This document shows positions 24,597-38,373 of a stretch of 64,000 bases of DNA, piece by piece. The DNA lies in assembly GCA_964016885.1 (NCBI GenBank), contig OZ024741.1, positions 319,796,001 to 319,860,000 on the forward strand, given 5' to 3'. The stretch comes from Eledone cirrhosa (lineage: Eukaryota). Positions within the stretch are counted from its first letter, which is position 1. Every line of letters begins with the position of its first letter. Position numbers and translations under genes: made by a program. Under the pieces are notes generated by a model, which saw nothing but the letters and a program-made list of their open reading frames with translations, searched no databases and was not told the origin of the DNA.

Positions 24597-26335
24597 ATAG
24601 ATTCAGCTATAAGTGCGAGGTCATCAGCATACAGGAGTTCCCATGGGCATCCGGTCTTAAACTCCTCCGTTATTGCCTGCAGGACTATGATGAACAGGAG
24701 ATGGCTAAGAACAGAGCCCTGGTGGACACCAATCTGTACGCTAAATTCCTCGCTATACTCATTGCTAATCCTAACTTTGCTGACTGCTCCCCTATACATG
24801 GCTTGTACATCGTTCACAAGCCATTCATCTACTCCTAGTTTTCTAAGAGCCCACCAGATTACAGCACGTGGAACTCTGTCAAAGGCTTTCTCAAGATCGA
24901 CGAATGCCAGGTAGAGTGGCTTACCTTTAGCTAGGTACATTTCCTGTAACTGCCTCACAAGAAAGAGGGCTTCAGTGGTGCCTCTTCCTGGTACAAACCC
25001 AAATTGCATCTCATCTATTTTCACCCGGTCCCTAATCAACTGTGCTATAACTATTTCTGTTACTTTCATGACCTGGTCCATCAGCTTTATACCTCTATAG
25101 TTTCCTCTATCTAGTGCATCACCTTTACCTTTGTAGCAGTTGACAATGATGCTACTGCACCAATCTTTTGGCATGACACCTTCTAGTATTACCTGGTTAA
25201 CAATACGTGTGGTTATAGTGTGACCTACAGACCCAGAGGCACTCAGCATCTCGGCAGCTATACCCGATGGACCGGTTGCCTTCCCCATCTTCATATCTTT
25301 GATTACCTTACTTACTACGCTGCTGCTGACTTGTACTGCTGGTCCCTCTATAGGGTCTACTCCGGGTAGGGTCTCTTCTTCCCATGCATTCTCCTCACTT
25401 AGTAATCTATCATAATGGCTCTTCCATGCATCTTTCTTCTCAGCACTTGTGGGGGCAAGCTCACCTTTATCATTCCGGATACACTTCTCTCCAATGACAT
25501 CACAATTCTCTCTGACACACTGCCTCGCAATCTTGAACACCTCCTGTTTCTGGTCCTCACGTTGCAAAACAAGCTTGAATTTTCTAACCTCTGCTTCCCT
25601 CCTAGCTAAGTATACTTGTCGCCTAGCTTCCCTCTTGGTCTCTATGTAATGTACCCTGCTCCCCCCGTTCTTCCATTCTTTCCATGCCTGTCTCTTGGCC
25701 TTAACTGCCTCATCTACCTTCTTGTTCCACCACCAAGTCACTCTCCTCCTGCTCGTGGTCTTACTCCAGCCACAGACCTCATCCGTCGCCTCTAGTAAGT
25801 TATTTTTTAGGAACTCCCAGTGCTCTTCTACATTGAATGTCTCTATCTGTTCTTCTTTACTGTCGTAGGCGTTGAGTAAAATATCTTTAAATCTGTTACT
25901 GGCTGAGGGGTCTTTCAGCTTCCAGATCTTTCTTCTCCAGGTTGGCGTCTGTTTCCAGGTTCGTCTAGTTCTGACCGCGAGGTCGCTGACAACTAAGCTA
26001 TGTTGGGAGGTACATTCCTCACTAGAGTAGGCTTTTGTGTTTACGACCGTCCATCTGTCACGTCCTCTGATGAGGATAAAATCTAACTGACTAGAATGCT
26101 CCCCTGATCTATAGGTGATCAGGTGGTTGTCGGATTTTTTGAAGTTTGTGTTACATATCAACATGCCATTGGCGTCGCAGAATTCTAGAAGTCTGAATCC
26201 TTCCTCATTTCTTGTGCCAACCCCGTGGCCTCCATGGACTCTATTGAAGCCGTCACAGTGTTTACCTACGTGTCCGTTAAAATCTCCTGCGATGATTAGG
26301 AAGTCATTGTCGCTTGTTAGAGCAGTAGTGTGCAT
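24597..26335 (-). mobile_element. RTE-clade LINE fragment (APE C-terminal half plus RT up to YADD)
   Basis: GDFNGHVG, SQLDFIL, TWWWN, NYRGIKL, QFGFVPGRGT, FVDLEKAFDRV, GVHQGSVLS, LLYADD. The frame is open but truncated at both ends. Confidence 0.92.
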
Positions 26336-26551
26336 TAGGGACTCGTTCTTTTGGTCATTATCGAAGATTCATGACCATAGGTAAGTGTTGGCACGAAAAC
26401 CGAATTGAAAACAGCGAGTTTGGCTTTTAGGCCTACCTCACTTCTGGTTACTGATGGCAGAATAGATTTTTTAAATCATTTAATGCCTTACAAATGTTTC
26501 AATACAAATATCTTAACAAATACTAATGTAACAAAGGGGCGGGGGCGGATA

Positions 26552-27308
26552 TCTATATATATATATATAAAACTGTAGTTGTCTGTGTGTGTGTGTCCTA
26601 ATTTTTGCAAAGTCTATACAAATCCACATTTCTACTCCGATTGACTTCAAACTTGCATTTATATATTCCTTGCGGTCTAAAAATATTAACTGCAGCTTTT
26701 ATTTTTCAATTTTCTGTTGTTAAAGGTGTTTTTTTCACTAAAACTTTAAGCCCTTTTTGTCAGCAATTTTGCCTACAATGTTCAAGAGAGACAACTCTTA
26801 AGTATTTTGAAAGAGTTACCTCTCTTTATAGACTATATTATCCCTACTTTAACGTACATCCCTTGAAATTGTTGATGGTGACCCCAATAGTAACTCCGAA
26901 GCATTCGGCATCCGATATAACAGTTCGGTCTATATCAGATTGGGTAGATTTTTGTAACCTTAAAAGTATCCAACTACATTCCTTCATGCTCTCCACCACT
27001 GCAGTCCCACATGCTTATTGCTCTGTAACTTTCATTGTACCATAGCACAACAAATACATTTTCGGTTTGTCGAATGCCTTTTTACTTAACCCTATCGTCT
27101 TGGCTTTCGTGGGTTGAAAATTTTACTCTCCGGCACCCAATTAAGTGAAACCCCTGGTAATCTACGACGAATTCTTTTTATAAGCACAAAATGTAGACAC
27201 CATCCCCAGGCGGAGGTATTCCGTACTTCTCTGTACTGTTTCAGAAAGAAGGGATAAACATGCCAATCTATGTTTAGAAACCCGAGCAACGCCGTGCCAT
27301 TCAGCTAG
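26552..27308 (+). mobile_element. Non-autonomous Helitron
   Basis: 5' TCTATATAT..AAAA start, 3' CCCGAGCAACGCCGTG hairpin-like motif followed by CTAG, inserted between A (26551) and T (27309). Confidence 0.8.
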
Positions 27309-28694
27309 TATTGAATATAGTTAAGTATTCAATACCGTACATTGCCAGAGGTAATAAAATGATAAACAATGACTTGGTGAAAAGAAAGCCCAGAAGGAGA
27401 AAAAAACTGTTTCAGTAGTGGCTACATCTGAAAAAAACCTCTATAACACGATAAACAGTTATTCCAGACGTCATGCAAGAATGCTTTTGAGTATTTGATA
27501 TAATAAAAACACTAACATATTTAATATGTAAGCAGACGGTGGGATTGATCTACATAGATTATTTCATTAAGGTAAAAAATTCAATTACAACTAAGATAAA
27601 TGAATAATTACAAAAATTATAACCGATTCTTTAAAATATTAAATAAAAATCTTACGAATACAATGTAGAGCCCTCATAAGGGACGCCACGTGTTGTGGAA
27701 CGTTCTCCGCCTCAAACATAGTCGCTTCGGCCACAAACCCTGAGGATTGTCCGGCCGCTTCCTCTTCGCACCAGTCGTCGACGAAACCTCGGGCGTACTT
27801 GGACCCTGTACTGCCTAGCTCCTCCACAAGATCAGAACGTCAGCAGCCCGTCTGAGGAAGGAGCCCCGCTTGTTGGGGTCGCTGTTGCAGTCGGTGTCGC
27901 TGGTCATTGTCCGCAACAATGCTTTTACGGAATGGCCTAGAGCCCATCACCCTCCCATCCCCCTCCACATTTTTCTGTGACCCAAGAGCCCTCGCCTTTC
28001 CCTTCCTTTTCCGTTTTCATAACCACAAAAGACACTTGAAACTTTTTACAATAAATCGAATAATTTTTCTTTTACGATATGTCTACATCGCCACTATCTC
28101 TGCTATTCTATTGATTTCCTTGTTTAATAATTATAATTATTAATCATAAATATCAAGGGATATAACTACGGCTAAAAGTATGTTAGACGTTAAAGGTAAC
28201 GTAAGGGTTAGAAAAGCTTCAGTAATGAGCGATATATGTACGGTATTTAATGATATTTAACTATATATTTTTTCCCACTTTTTTTTACTAAATTGCCGCA
28301 ACATAAGTAGTAATTAAACTATTTATATTGAAACATTTGTAAAGGTATCAAAGGATTTAAGAAATCTATTCTATCATCTGATGTGGTGTATATCCTGTGT
28401 ATTATGTATCACTGGTTCCTCAAATAATATCTCTTCTATAATTTTATCTATAATGACATAAAGATATTGAGATTAAATATATTACCCGATTATCTCATCT
28501 AATGTTTATAGTGATTGCCTTTGATTATAGTCATTTTCCGCGTTTGGAACGTCAACATTTTCAAATATATATATATATATTTATATATGTATGCACGCAC
28601 ACACGCACGCACACACGCGCACACACACACTCAACTGCACACACATATATACATACAAATATATGTATTTATGAGTATGGATGTGTGCGTAGGC

Positions 28695-28865
28695 GTGCGA
28701 AGGCGCATGGCTTAGTGGTTAGAGGTTATGAGTTAAAACCTCTAACTGGACTGTGCGTTGTATCCTTGAGCAAGACACCTTATGTTCAGATAGTTTCAGT
28801 TCACTCAGTTGAAGAAATGAGTGGTGACGTCACTGGTGCCAAGATCTATCGGCCTTTGCCTGTTC
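28695..28865 (+). mobile_element. SINE family B-like (CORE-like)
   Basis: GGCGCATGGCTTAGTGGTTAG head and GTTGTATCCTTGAGCAAGACACC core. Confidence 0.65.
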
Positions 28866-28894
28866 CGAATTTATCGTCATCGTTTCATATTCCT

Positions 28895-29088
28895 CTAAGT
28901 AGTTGCCGACCTTCTCGACACCGCTCGAGCGGGATACCCCCCAACAGCTCCAGCTTCTGCAGAAATGGTTCGATAATCCTTACACACAGAAAGGAGGAGA
29001 GAGGGCATCCTTGACGGACCGAGCGCACGAGCTGGAACAGTTCCGATAGTTGGTCGTTGAATTTGACTATCGAGCACATGCCATTGTG
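28895..29088 (-). mobile_element. Old Tx1/L1-clade RT fragment
   Basis: RSVRQGCPLSS..EPFLQKLELLGGIPLE is homologous to 9570-9680. Confidence 0.8.
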
Positions 29089-29560
29089 CTGAGATTGAAG
29101 GTTTTTTTTGTCGACTAAAGCTCAAAGCTTTTTTCCACGACACGCAATCATCGACACAGACGGATGACTTCACTCGTCTCAGTCACCGGCAATCACACTG
29201 GATACCGAGCTTTGGCCTGTTCAGCACCCTCGACTCCTTTGTGGAATCTTGCCAACGTACTGTGAACCGGTTCCGTTTCCACGAGCTTTCTCGTCGCTCT
29301 AACCTTACGCGGGCCGAGCTCTCTGCTCTTCGCAACCCACGGCGGTGTATTGACATTGTCATCAAACACGCCCACAAAGGTGGCACTGTGGTGATATGGA
29401 GCGTAGATCTCTACAGGGCTGAGGCCCTCTGCCAGCTTCATGATACCTTATTATACCTCCCTTTATCCTTCGACCCCACTCCTGGTTACCAACAGCTCAT
29501 GTCCCCTACCATTCACCAGCTCATCTCATCCTCTCTCCTACTCAACAATTTGGTATTGTC
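29089..29560 (+). mobile_element. PLE N-terminal (DKG-region) fragment
   Basis: SNLTRAELSALR..IVIKHAHKGGTVVIW..YRAEALCQLHD..DPT matches the PLE ADKG region. Confidence 0.75.
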
Positions 29561-29613
29561 TTTTGAAGGCACTGGTAGCATATGATTTAGAATGAACGAA
29601 TATATATATATAT

Positions 29614-29647
<34 letters not shown>

Positions 29648-29652
29648 CTGTC

Positions 29653-29713
<61 letters not shown>

Positions 29714-29974
29714 ACATACACACTTGTTCCTACACATATATACAAATACGCATACCTCCACATACACCTACATGAATGCATAGTTGTACATGCAAGTAAC
29801 AGAAAAGCGTATACATAGAAAAGCGTATACATATGTGTATAACAGATCAATATATAAACCCGTGCATCACTTGGACATCAAGGCTAAAACAAACTAACGT
29901 ACTAAAGAACTAAAAAAGTTAAGAACATATATTACCGTTGTTTATGTATGTATGCATGTATGTATGCATATGTA

Positions 29975-30058
<84 letters not shown>

Positions 30059-30078
30059 TGTATATATATATGTATGTA

Positions 30079-30109
<31 letters not shown>

Positions 30110-31123
30110 TAGGCGCACATATATACATATGAGTTTGTGAGTGTATTTATGTGTCGATAAAGACATACTCGAACAATCACATGCATAAATAAAAGGAAAG
30201 AGTAGCCATGCCTAGCTGTGTCATGGTCTGTAAATTTTCATGTTTCACTTTTCAGAGTTCATAGTCCACAAAGGTCAATACAAGAAACACGAATCAAACT
30301 CTCTCAAATCGATAACATCTATTGCATTTCCATTCTTTACACCGAATTCCCCACCTCTAAACCGGCTTTGTGACAACGTCAAACTAGCTATGTTCATAAT
30401 CATTATCATCATCAGCAATAACAAAAGCTTCATGATCGTTCTTATATATGGGTTCTCTCTTAATAAGATTAGTTTGTGTAGTGTCAATAGTTAAAGTTTC
30501 TATAAAGGGAGAGTTAGAATGTGTTTCCTTTTTAAAGTATGTTTAACGTAGGTGTAATATGTTTAATATGAGAATATAACTTAGCGACTACAATCATGTT
30601 TTGTGTTTAGTCTATGCTCTTTAGTTTGTTAGTACGGCTGTGATATTATGTTAATATATATGTTTTTGTAGCAGAGAAATAGTATTTCGTGTGGTGGGTC
30701 TTGGTTGGATTGGGCTTGTATTCATTTATCTTTATTTCGATGCTGGATGTGGTTATGAGAGAAAAATCTATTTTAATAGATTAATATATCTATGATAACC
30801 CTCCTCATCACATAGAAATGATATGGATGTGAATTGCTTAGTCTTCAATCCTGATTGAATCTTTTAGTTTTGTATCATAATACATCGAGAACATTGAAGC
30901 CCCCGCCGCCCCCTAAATATGGTACTTGTGATCATTTTAATGTATTGTGGTTGAGGTACCCTTGGGTCTCAAACAATTCGGGGGTTGGAATAAGTGTGTG
31001 TGTGTGTGGTGGGTGAATTTTGCTTAAATTCTTATGGCGGGTGTGTGTGTGTGGAATAAACGGGGTTGGGCTGGTAATTGTACAGTGTACGTTCGGAAAT
31101 ATGAGGACATATTTGTCATATAT

Positions 31124-31570
31124 AATTGTTTCTACATTTGGCACAAGGCCAGCAATTACCCCAGTACATTACTGGTACTTTATTTTATCGACCCCGTAAG
31201 GATGAAAGGCAAAGTTAACCTCGGCGGGATTTGAACTCAGATCGTAAAGGGACGTAACTCTATGCTGCAAAGCATGGCGTCCGACCCTCTACCGATACTG
31301 CCAATCCCACCTATATAATGTTTGTTTTTATAATGTAAAATAAAATTATTTGGCAGTATCGGTAGAGGGTCGGACACCATGCTTTGCGGCTTAGAGTTAC
31401 GGCCCTTTATGATCTGAGTTCAAATCCCGCCGAGGTTAACTTTGCTTTTCATCCTTACCGGGTCGATAAAATAAAGTACCAGTCACGCACTGGCGCCGAT
31501 TTAATCAACTCCCCCCCCCCCCAAAAAAAAAAGATTACTGGCCTTGTGCCTATATAAGAAACCACTATTA
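31124..31570. mobile_element. Two divergent (head-to-head) family A SINEs
   Basis: Minus copy at ~31124-31312 and plus copy at ~31350-31570. Confidence 0.85.
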
Positions 31571-31771
31571 GATTCTCCAGTTGCTGTATCGATATGAATC
31601 ACTTACAATAAAACTTTGCCGAAGATAGATTAGCAAAAATTAATAAGTGAGAGGGGGGGGGGTGATAAAAGGCGGGAGTGTGTGGAAAATGTTGGAAATT
31701 AATAAGTGGTGGGCAACGATTATTCAAGACCTCAGCGTATGTCACCTTGTTTGACAGATGGCGAGGTTATA

Positions 31772-34700
31772 ATGGTGGTGGAGGTAGTGGTAGTAGTTGT
31801 GGAGGTAGTGGTAGTGGTTGTGGTGGTAGTGGTAGTGTTGGCGTTGGGAGTGCTGGAGGTGTAGGTGGTGGTGGAAATAGTGGTTGTGGTGGTAGTGGTG
31901 GTGTTGGTGTTGGGAGTGTTGGTGGTGTAGGTGGTGGTGGAAATAGTGGTTGTGGTGGTAGTGGTGGTGTTGGTGTTGGGAGTGCTGGAGGTGTAGGTGG
32001 TGGTGGAAATAGTGGTTGTGGTGGTAGTGGTGGTGTTGGGAGTGTTGGAGGTGTAGGTGGTGGTGGAAATAGTGGTTGTGGTGGTAGTAGTGGTAGTAGT
32101 GGTGTTGGTGTTGGGAGTGTTGGAGGTGTAGGTGGTGGTGGAAATAGTGGTTGTGGTGGTAGTGGTGGTGTTGGTGTTGGGAGTGTTGGTGGTGTAGGTG
32201 GTGGTGGAAATAGTGGTTGTGGTGGTAGTGGTGGTGTTGGGAGTGTTGGAGGTGTAGGTGGTGGTGGAAATAGTGGTTGTGGTGGTAGTGGTGGTGTTGG
32301 TGTTGGGAGTGCTGGAGGTGTAGGTGGTGGTGGAAATAGTGGTTGTGGTGGTAGTGGTGGTGTTGGGAGTGTTGGAGGTGTAGGTGGTGGTGGAAATAGT
32401 GGTTGTGGTGGTAGTAGTGGTAGTAGTGGTGTTGGTGTTGGGAGTGTTGGAGGTGTAGGTGGTGGTGGAAATAGTGGTTGTGGTGGTAGTGGTGGTATTG
32501 GGAGTGTTGGAGGTGTAGGTGGTGGTGGAAATAGTGGTTGTGGTGGTAGTGGTGGTGTTGGGAGTGTTGGAGGTGTAGGTGGTGGTGGAAATAGTGGTTG
32601 TCGTGATAGTGGTGGTGTTGGTGTTGGGAGTGTTGGAGGTGTAGGAGGTGGTGGAAATAGTGGTTGTGGTGGTGGTGTTGGGAGTGTTGGAGGTGTAGGT
32701 GGTGGTGGAAATAGTGGTTGTGGTGGTAGTGGTGGTGTTGGGAGTGTTGGAGGTGTAGGTGGTGGTGGAAATAGTGGTTGTGGTGGTAGTGGTGGTGTTG
32801 GTGTTGGGAGTGTTGGAGGTGTAGGTGGTGGTGGAAATAGTGGTTGTGGTGGTAGTGGTGGTGTTGGTGTTGGGAGTGTTGGAGGTGTAGGTGGTGGTGG
32901 AAATAGTGGTTACGGTGGTAGTGGTGGTGTTGGTGTTGGGAGTGCTGGAGGTGTAGGTGGTGGTGGAAATAGTGGTTGTGGTGGTAGTGGTGGTGTTGGG
33001 TGTTGGGAGTGTTGGAGGTGTAGGTGGTGGTGGAAATAGTGGTTGTGGTGGTAGTGGTGGTGTTGGGAGTGTTGGAGGTGTAGGTGGTGGTGGAAATAGT
33101 GGTTGTGGTGATAGTGGTGGTGTTGGTGTTGGGAGTGTTGGAGGTGTAGGTGGTGGTGGAAATAGTGGTTGTGGTGGTAGTGGTGGTGTTGGGAGTGTTG
33201 GAGGTGTAGGTGGTGGTGGAAATAGTGGTTGTGGTGATAGTGGTGGTGTTGGTGTTGGGAGTGCTGGAGGTGTAGGTGGTGGTGGAAATAGTGGTTGTGG
33301 TGGTAGTGGTGGTGTTGGGAGTGCTGGAGGTGTAGGTGGTGGTGGAAATAGTGGTTGTGGTGGTAGTGGTGGTGTTGGGTGTTGGGAGTGTTGGAGGTGT
33401 AGGTGGTGGTGGAAATAGTGGTTGTGGTGGTAGTGGTGGTGTTGGGAGTGCTGGAGGTGTAGGTGGTGGTGGAAATAGTGGTTGTGGTGGTAGTGGTGGT
33501 GTTGGGAGTGTTGGAGGTGTAGGTGGTGGTGGAAATAGTGGTTGTGGTGGTAGTGGTGGTGTTGGTGTTGGGAGTGTTGGAGGTGTAGGTGGTGGTGGAA
33601 ATAGTGGTTGTGGTGATAGTGGTGGTGTTGGTGTTGGGAGTGTTGGAGGTGTAGGTGGTGGTGGAAATAGTGGTTGTGGTGGTAGTGGTGGTGTTGGTGT
33701 TGGGAGTGTTGGTGGTGTAGGTGGTGGTGGAAATAGTGGTTGTGGTGGTAGTGGTGGTGTTGGTGTTGGGAGTGCTGGAGGTGTAGGTGGTGGTGGAAAT
33801 AGTGGTTGTGGTGGTAGTGGTGGTGTTGGGAGTGTTGGTGGTGTAGGTGGTGGTGGAAATAGTGGTTGTGGTGGTAGTGGTGGTGTTGGTGTTGGGAGTG
33901 TTGGAGGTGTAGGTGGTGGTGGAAATAGTGGTTGTGGTGGTAGTGGTGGTGTTGGGAGTGTTGGAGGTGTAGGTGGTGGTGGAAATAGTGGTTGTGGTGG
34001 TAGAGGTGGTGTTGGGAGTGTTGGAGGTGTAGGTGGTGGTGGAAATAGTGGTTGTGGTAATAGTGGTGGTGTTGGTGTTGGGAGTGTTGGAGGTGTAGGT
34101 GGTGGTGGAAATAGTGGTTGTGGTGGTAGTGGTGGTGTTGGTGTTGGGAGTGTTGGAGGTGTAGGTGGTGGTGGAAATAGTGGTTGTGGTGGTAGTGGTG
34201 GTGTTGGTGTTGGGAGTGTTGGAGGTGTAGGTGGTGGTGGAAATAGTGGTTGTGGTGGTAGTGGTGGTGTTGGGAGTGTTGGAGGTGTAGGTGGTGGTGG
34301 AAATAGTGGTTGTGGTGGTAGTGGTGGTGTTGGTGTTGGGAGTGTTGGAGGTGTAGGTGGTGGTGGAAATAGTGGTTGTGGTGGTAGTGGTGGTGTTGGT
34401 GTTGGGAGTGTTGGAGGTGTAGGTGGTGGTGGAAATAGTGGTTGTGGTGATAGTGGTGGTGTTGGTGTTGGGAGTGCTGGAGGTGTAGGTGGTGGTGGAA
34501 ATAGTGGTTGTGGTGGTAGTGGTGGTGTTGGTGTTGGGAGTGTTGGAGGTGTAGGTGGTGGTGGAAATAGTGGTTGTGGTGGTAGTGGTGGTGTTGGGAG
34601 TGCTGGAGGTGTAGGTGGTGGTGGAAATAGTGGTTGTGGTGGTAGTGGTGGTGTTGGTGTTGGGAGTGTTGGAGGTGTAGGTGGTGGTGGAAATAGTGGT

Positions 34701-37700
34701 TGTGGTGGTAGTGGTGGTGTTGGTGTTGGGAGTGTTGGAGGTGTAGGTGGTGGTGGAAATAGTGGTTGTGGTGGTAGTGGTGGTGTTGGGAGTGTTGGAG
34801 GTGTAGGTGGTGGTGGAAATAGTGGTTGTGGTGGTAGTGGTGGTGTTGGGAGTGTTGGAGGTGTAGGTGGTGGTGGAAATAGTGGTTGTGGTGGTAGTGG
34901 TGGTGTTGGGAGTGTTGGAGGTGTAGGTGGTGGTGGAAATAGTGGTTGTGGTGGTAGAGGTGGTGTTGGGAGTGTTGGAGGTGTAGGTGGTGGTGGAAAT
35001 AGTGGTTGTGGTGATAGTGGTGGCGTTGGTGTTGGGAGTGTTGGAGGTGTAGGTGGTGGTGGAAATAGTGGTTGTGGTGGTAGTGGTGGTGTTGGTGTTG
35101 GGAGTGTTGGAGGTGTAGGTGGTGGTGGAAATAGTGGTTGTGGTGGTAGTGGTGGTGTTGGTGTTGGGAGTGTTGGAGGTGTAGGTGGTGGTGGAAATAG
35201 TGGTTGTGGTGGTAGTGGTGGTGTTGGGAGTGTTGGAGGTGTAGGTGGTGGTGGAAATAGTGGTTGTGGTGGTAGTGGTGGTGTTGGTGTTGGGAGTGTT
35301 GGAGGTGTAGGTGGTGGTGGAAATAGTGGTTGTGGTGGTAGTGGTGGTGTTGGTGTTGGGAGTGTTGGAGGTGTAGGTGGTGGTGGAAATAGTGGTTGTG
35401 GTGATAGTGGTGGTGTTGGTGTTGGGAGTGCTGGAGGTGTAGGTGGTGGTGGAAATAGTGGTTGTGGTGGTAGTGGTGGTGTTGGTGTTGGGAGTGTTGG
35501 AGGTGTAGGTGGTGGTGGAAATAGTGGTTGTGGTGGTAGTGGTGGTGTTGGGAGTGCTGGAGGTGTAGGTGGTGGTGGAAATAGTGGTTGTGGTGGTAGT
35601 GGTGGTGTTGGTGTTGGGAGTGTTGGAGGTGTAGGTGGTGGTGGAAATAGTGGTTGTGGTGGTAGTGGTGGTGTTGGTGTTGGGAGTGTTGGAGGTGTAG
35701 GTGGTGGTGGAAATAGTGGTTGTGGTGGTAGTGGTGGTGTTGGGAGTGTTGGAGGTGTAGGTGGTGGTGGAAATAGTGGTTGTGGTGGTAGTGGTGGTGT
35801 TGGGAGTGTTGGAGGTGTAGGTGGTGGTGGAAATAGTGGTTGTGGTGGTAGTGGTGGTGTTGGTGTTGGGAGTGTTGGAGGTGTAGGTGGTGGTGGAAAT
35901 AGTGGTTGTGGTTGTGGTGGTGGTGTTGGTGTTGGGAGTGTTGGAGGTGTAGGTGGTGGTGGAAATAGTGGTTGTGGTGGTAGTGGTGGTGTTGATGTTG
36001 GGAGTGTTGGAGGTGTAGGTGGTGGTGGAAATAGTGGTTGTGGTGGTAGTGGTGGTGTTGGTGTTGGGAGTGTTGGAGGTGTAGGTGGTGGTGGAAATAG
36101 TGGTTGTGGTGATAGTGGTGGTGTTGGGAGTGTTGGTGGTGTAGGTGGTGGTGGAAATAGTGGTTGTGGTGGTAGTGGTGGTGTGGGTGTTGGGAGTGCT
36201 GGAGGTGTAGGTGGTGGTGGAAATAGTGGTTGTGGTGGTAGTGGTGGTGTTGGTGTTGGGAGTGTTGGTGGTGTAGGTGGTGGTGGAAATAGTGGTTGTG
36301 GTGGTAGTGGTGGTGTTGGTGTTGGGAGTGCTGGAGGTGTAGGTGGTGGTGGAAATAGTGGTTGTGGTGGTAGTGGTGGTGTTGGGAGTGTTGGAGGTGT
36401 AGGTGGTGGTGGAAATAGTGGTTGTGGTGGTAGTGGTGGTGTTGGTGTTGGGAGTGCTGGAGGTGTAGGTGGTGGTGGAAATAGTGGTTGTGGTGGTAGT
36501 GGTGGTGTTGGTGTTGGGAGTGTTGGTGGTGTAGGTGGTGGTGGAAATATTGGTTGTGGTGGTAGTGGTGGTGTTGGTGTTGGGAGTGCTGGAGATGTAG
36601 GTGGTGGTGGAAATAGTGGTTGTGGTGGTAGTGGTGGTGTTGGTGTTGGGAGTGTTGGAGGTGTAGGTGGTGGTGGAAATAGTGGTTGTGGTGGTAGTGG
36701 TGGTGTTGGGAGTGTTGGAGGTGTAGGTGGTGGTGGAAATAGTGGTTGTGGTGGTAGTGGTGGTGTTGGGAGTGCTGGAGGTGTAGGTGGTGGTGGAAAT
36801 AGTGGTTGTGGTGTTAGTGGTGGTGTTGGTGTTGGGAGTGTTGGAGGTGTAGGTGGTGGTGGAAATTGTGGTTGTGGTGGTAGTGGTGGTGTTGGTGTTG
36901 GGAGTGTTGGAGGTGTAGGTGGTGGTGGAAATAGTGGTTGTGGTGGTAGTGGTGGTGTTGGTGTTGGGAGGGTTGGTGGTGTAGGTGGTGGTGGAAATAG
37001 TGGTTGTGGTGGTAGTGGTGGTGTTGGGAGTGTTGGAGGTGTAGGTGGTGGTGGAAATAGTGGTTGTGGTGGTAGTGGTGGTGTTGGTGTTGGGAGTGTT
37101 GGAGGTGTAGGTGGTGGTGGAGATAGTGGTTGTGGTGATAGTGGTGGTGTTGGTGTTGGGAGGGTTGGTGGTGTAGGTGGTGGTGGAAATAGTGGTTGTG
37201 GTGGTAGTGGTGGTGTTGGTGGTGGTGGTGTTGGTTGTAGAGATAGTGATTGTGGTGATAGTGGTGGTGTTGGTGGTGCTGGTGTTGGTGGTAGAGATAG
37301 TGGTTGTGGTGATAGTGGTGGTGTTGGTTGTGTTGGTGGTGGTGGTGGTAGAGATAGTTGTTGTGGTGATGGTGGTGTTCATGGTGTTGGTGTTGGTGGT
37401 AGAGATAGTGGTTGTGGTGATAGTGGTGGTGTTGGTAGTGGTGGTTTTGCTGGTGGAAGTAGTGGTTGTGGTGATAGTGGTGGTGTTGCTGGTGGTGGTG
37501 TTGCTGGTGGAAGTAGTGGTTGTGGTGATAGTGGTGGTGTTCATGGTGTAGGTGTTGGTGGTAGAGATAGCGGTTGTTGTGATGGTGGTAGTGTTGGTGG
37601 TGGAGGTAGTGGTTGTGGAGATAGTGGTTGTGGTGATGGTGGTGGTGTTGTTGTTGGTGGTGGTGGTGTTGGTGGTGGTGGTGGTGTTGGTGGTGGTGTT

Positions 37701-38373
37701 GGTGTTGGTGGTAGAGATATTGTTTGTGGTGATAGTGGTGGTGTTGGTGTTGGTGTTGGGGGTGGAGATGGTTCTGGAAATAGTGGTTGTGGTGATAGTG
37801 GTGGTGTTGGTGTTGTTGGGGGTCGAGGTGGTGTTGGAGTTAGTGGTTCTGGAGATAGTGGTGGTGTTGGTGGTGTTGGTGGTGTTGGGGTGGTGGTGGA
37901 GGTAGTGGCTGTGGTGATAGTGGTGGTGTTGGTGGTGGTGGTGGTGTGTAGGTGGTGGTGGTGTTGGTGGTGAAGGTAGTGGTTGTGGTGATAGTGGTGG
38001 TGTTGGTGGTGGTGTGTTGGTGGTGGTGGAGTTGGTGGTGGAGATAGTGCTTGTGGGGATAGTGGTGGTGTTGGTGGTAGTGATAGTGGTGGTGGAGATA
38101 GTGTTGGTGTTGGGGTGGTGTTGGGTTGGTGGTGGGGGTAGTGGTTGTGGTGATAGTGGTGGTGGCGGTGGTGTTGGTGGTGCTGGTGTTGGTGGCGGAG
38201 ATAGTGGTTGTGGTGATAGTGGTGGTGTTGGAGATAGTGGTGGTGTTGGTGGTTATGGTGTTGGTGGTAGAGATAGTGGTTGTGGTGATAGTGGTGGTGT
38301 TGGTTGTGTTGGTGGTGGAGATAGTGGTTGTGATGATAGTGGTGGTGTGGGTGGTGGAGGTAGTGGTTGTGGT
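31772..38373. repeat. GT-rich minisatellite with 60/66-bp units (homogeneous ~31820-37200, degenerate to 38373)
   Basis: Unit GGTGGTGGTGGAAATAGTGGTTGTGGTGGTAGTGGTGGTGTT(GGTGTT)GGGAGTGTTGGAGGTGTA, roughly 85 copies estimated from length. Confidence 0.95.

Noticed and set aside
27736-27800. CTGAGGA...GACGAAACCTC hammerhead-like string
   Set aside because: Stem I is only 2 bp and stem III cannot pair, so it is likely chance.
32910-37544. 1544-aa Thr-rich mucin-like ORF on the minus strand
   Set aside because: It is the antisense frame of the (GGT)-derived minisatellite. There is no signal peptide or flanking domain, and stops are compositionally unlikely.
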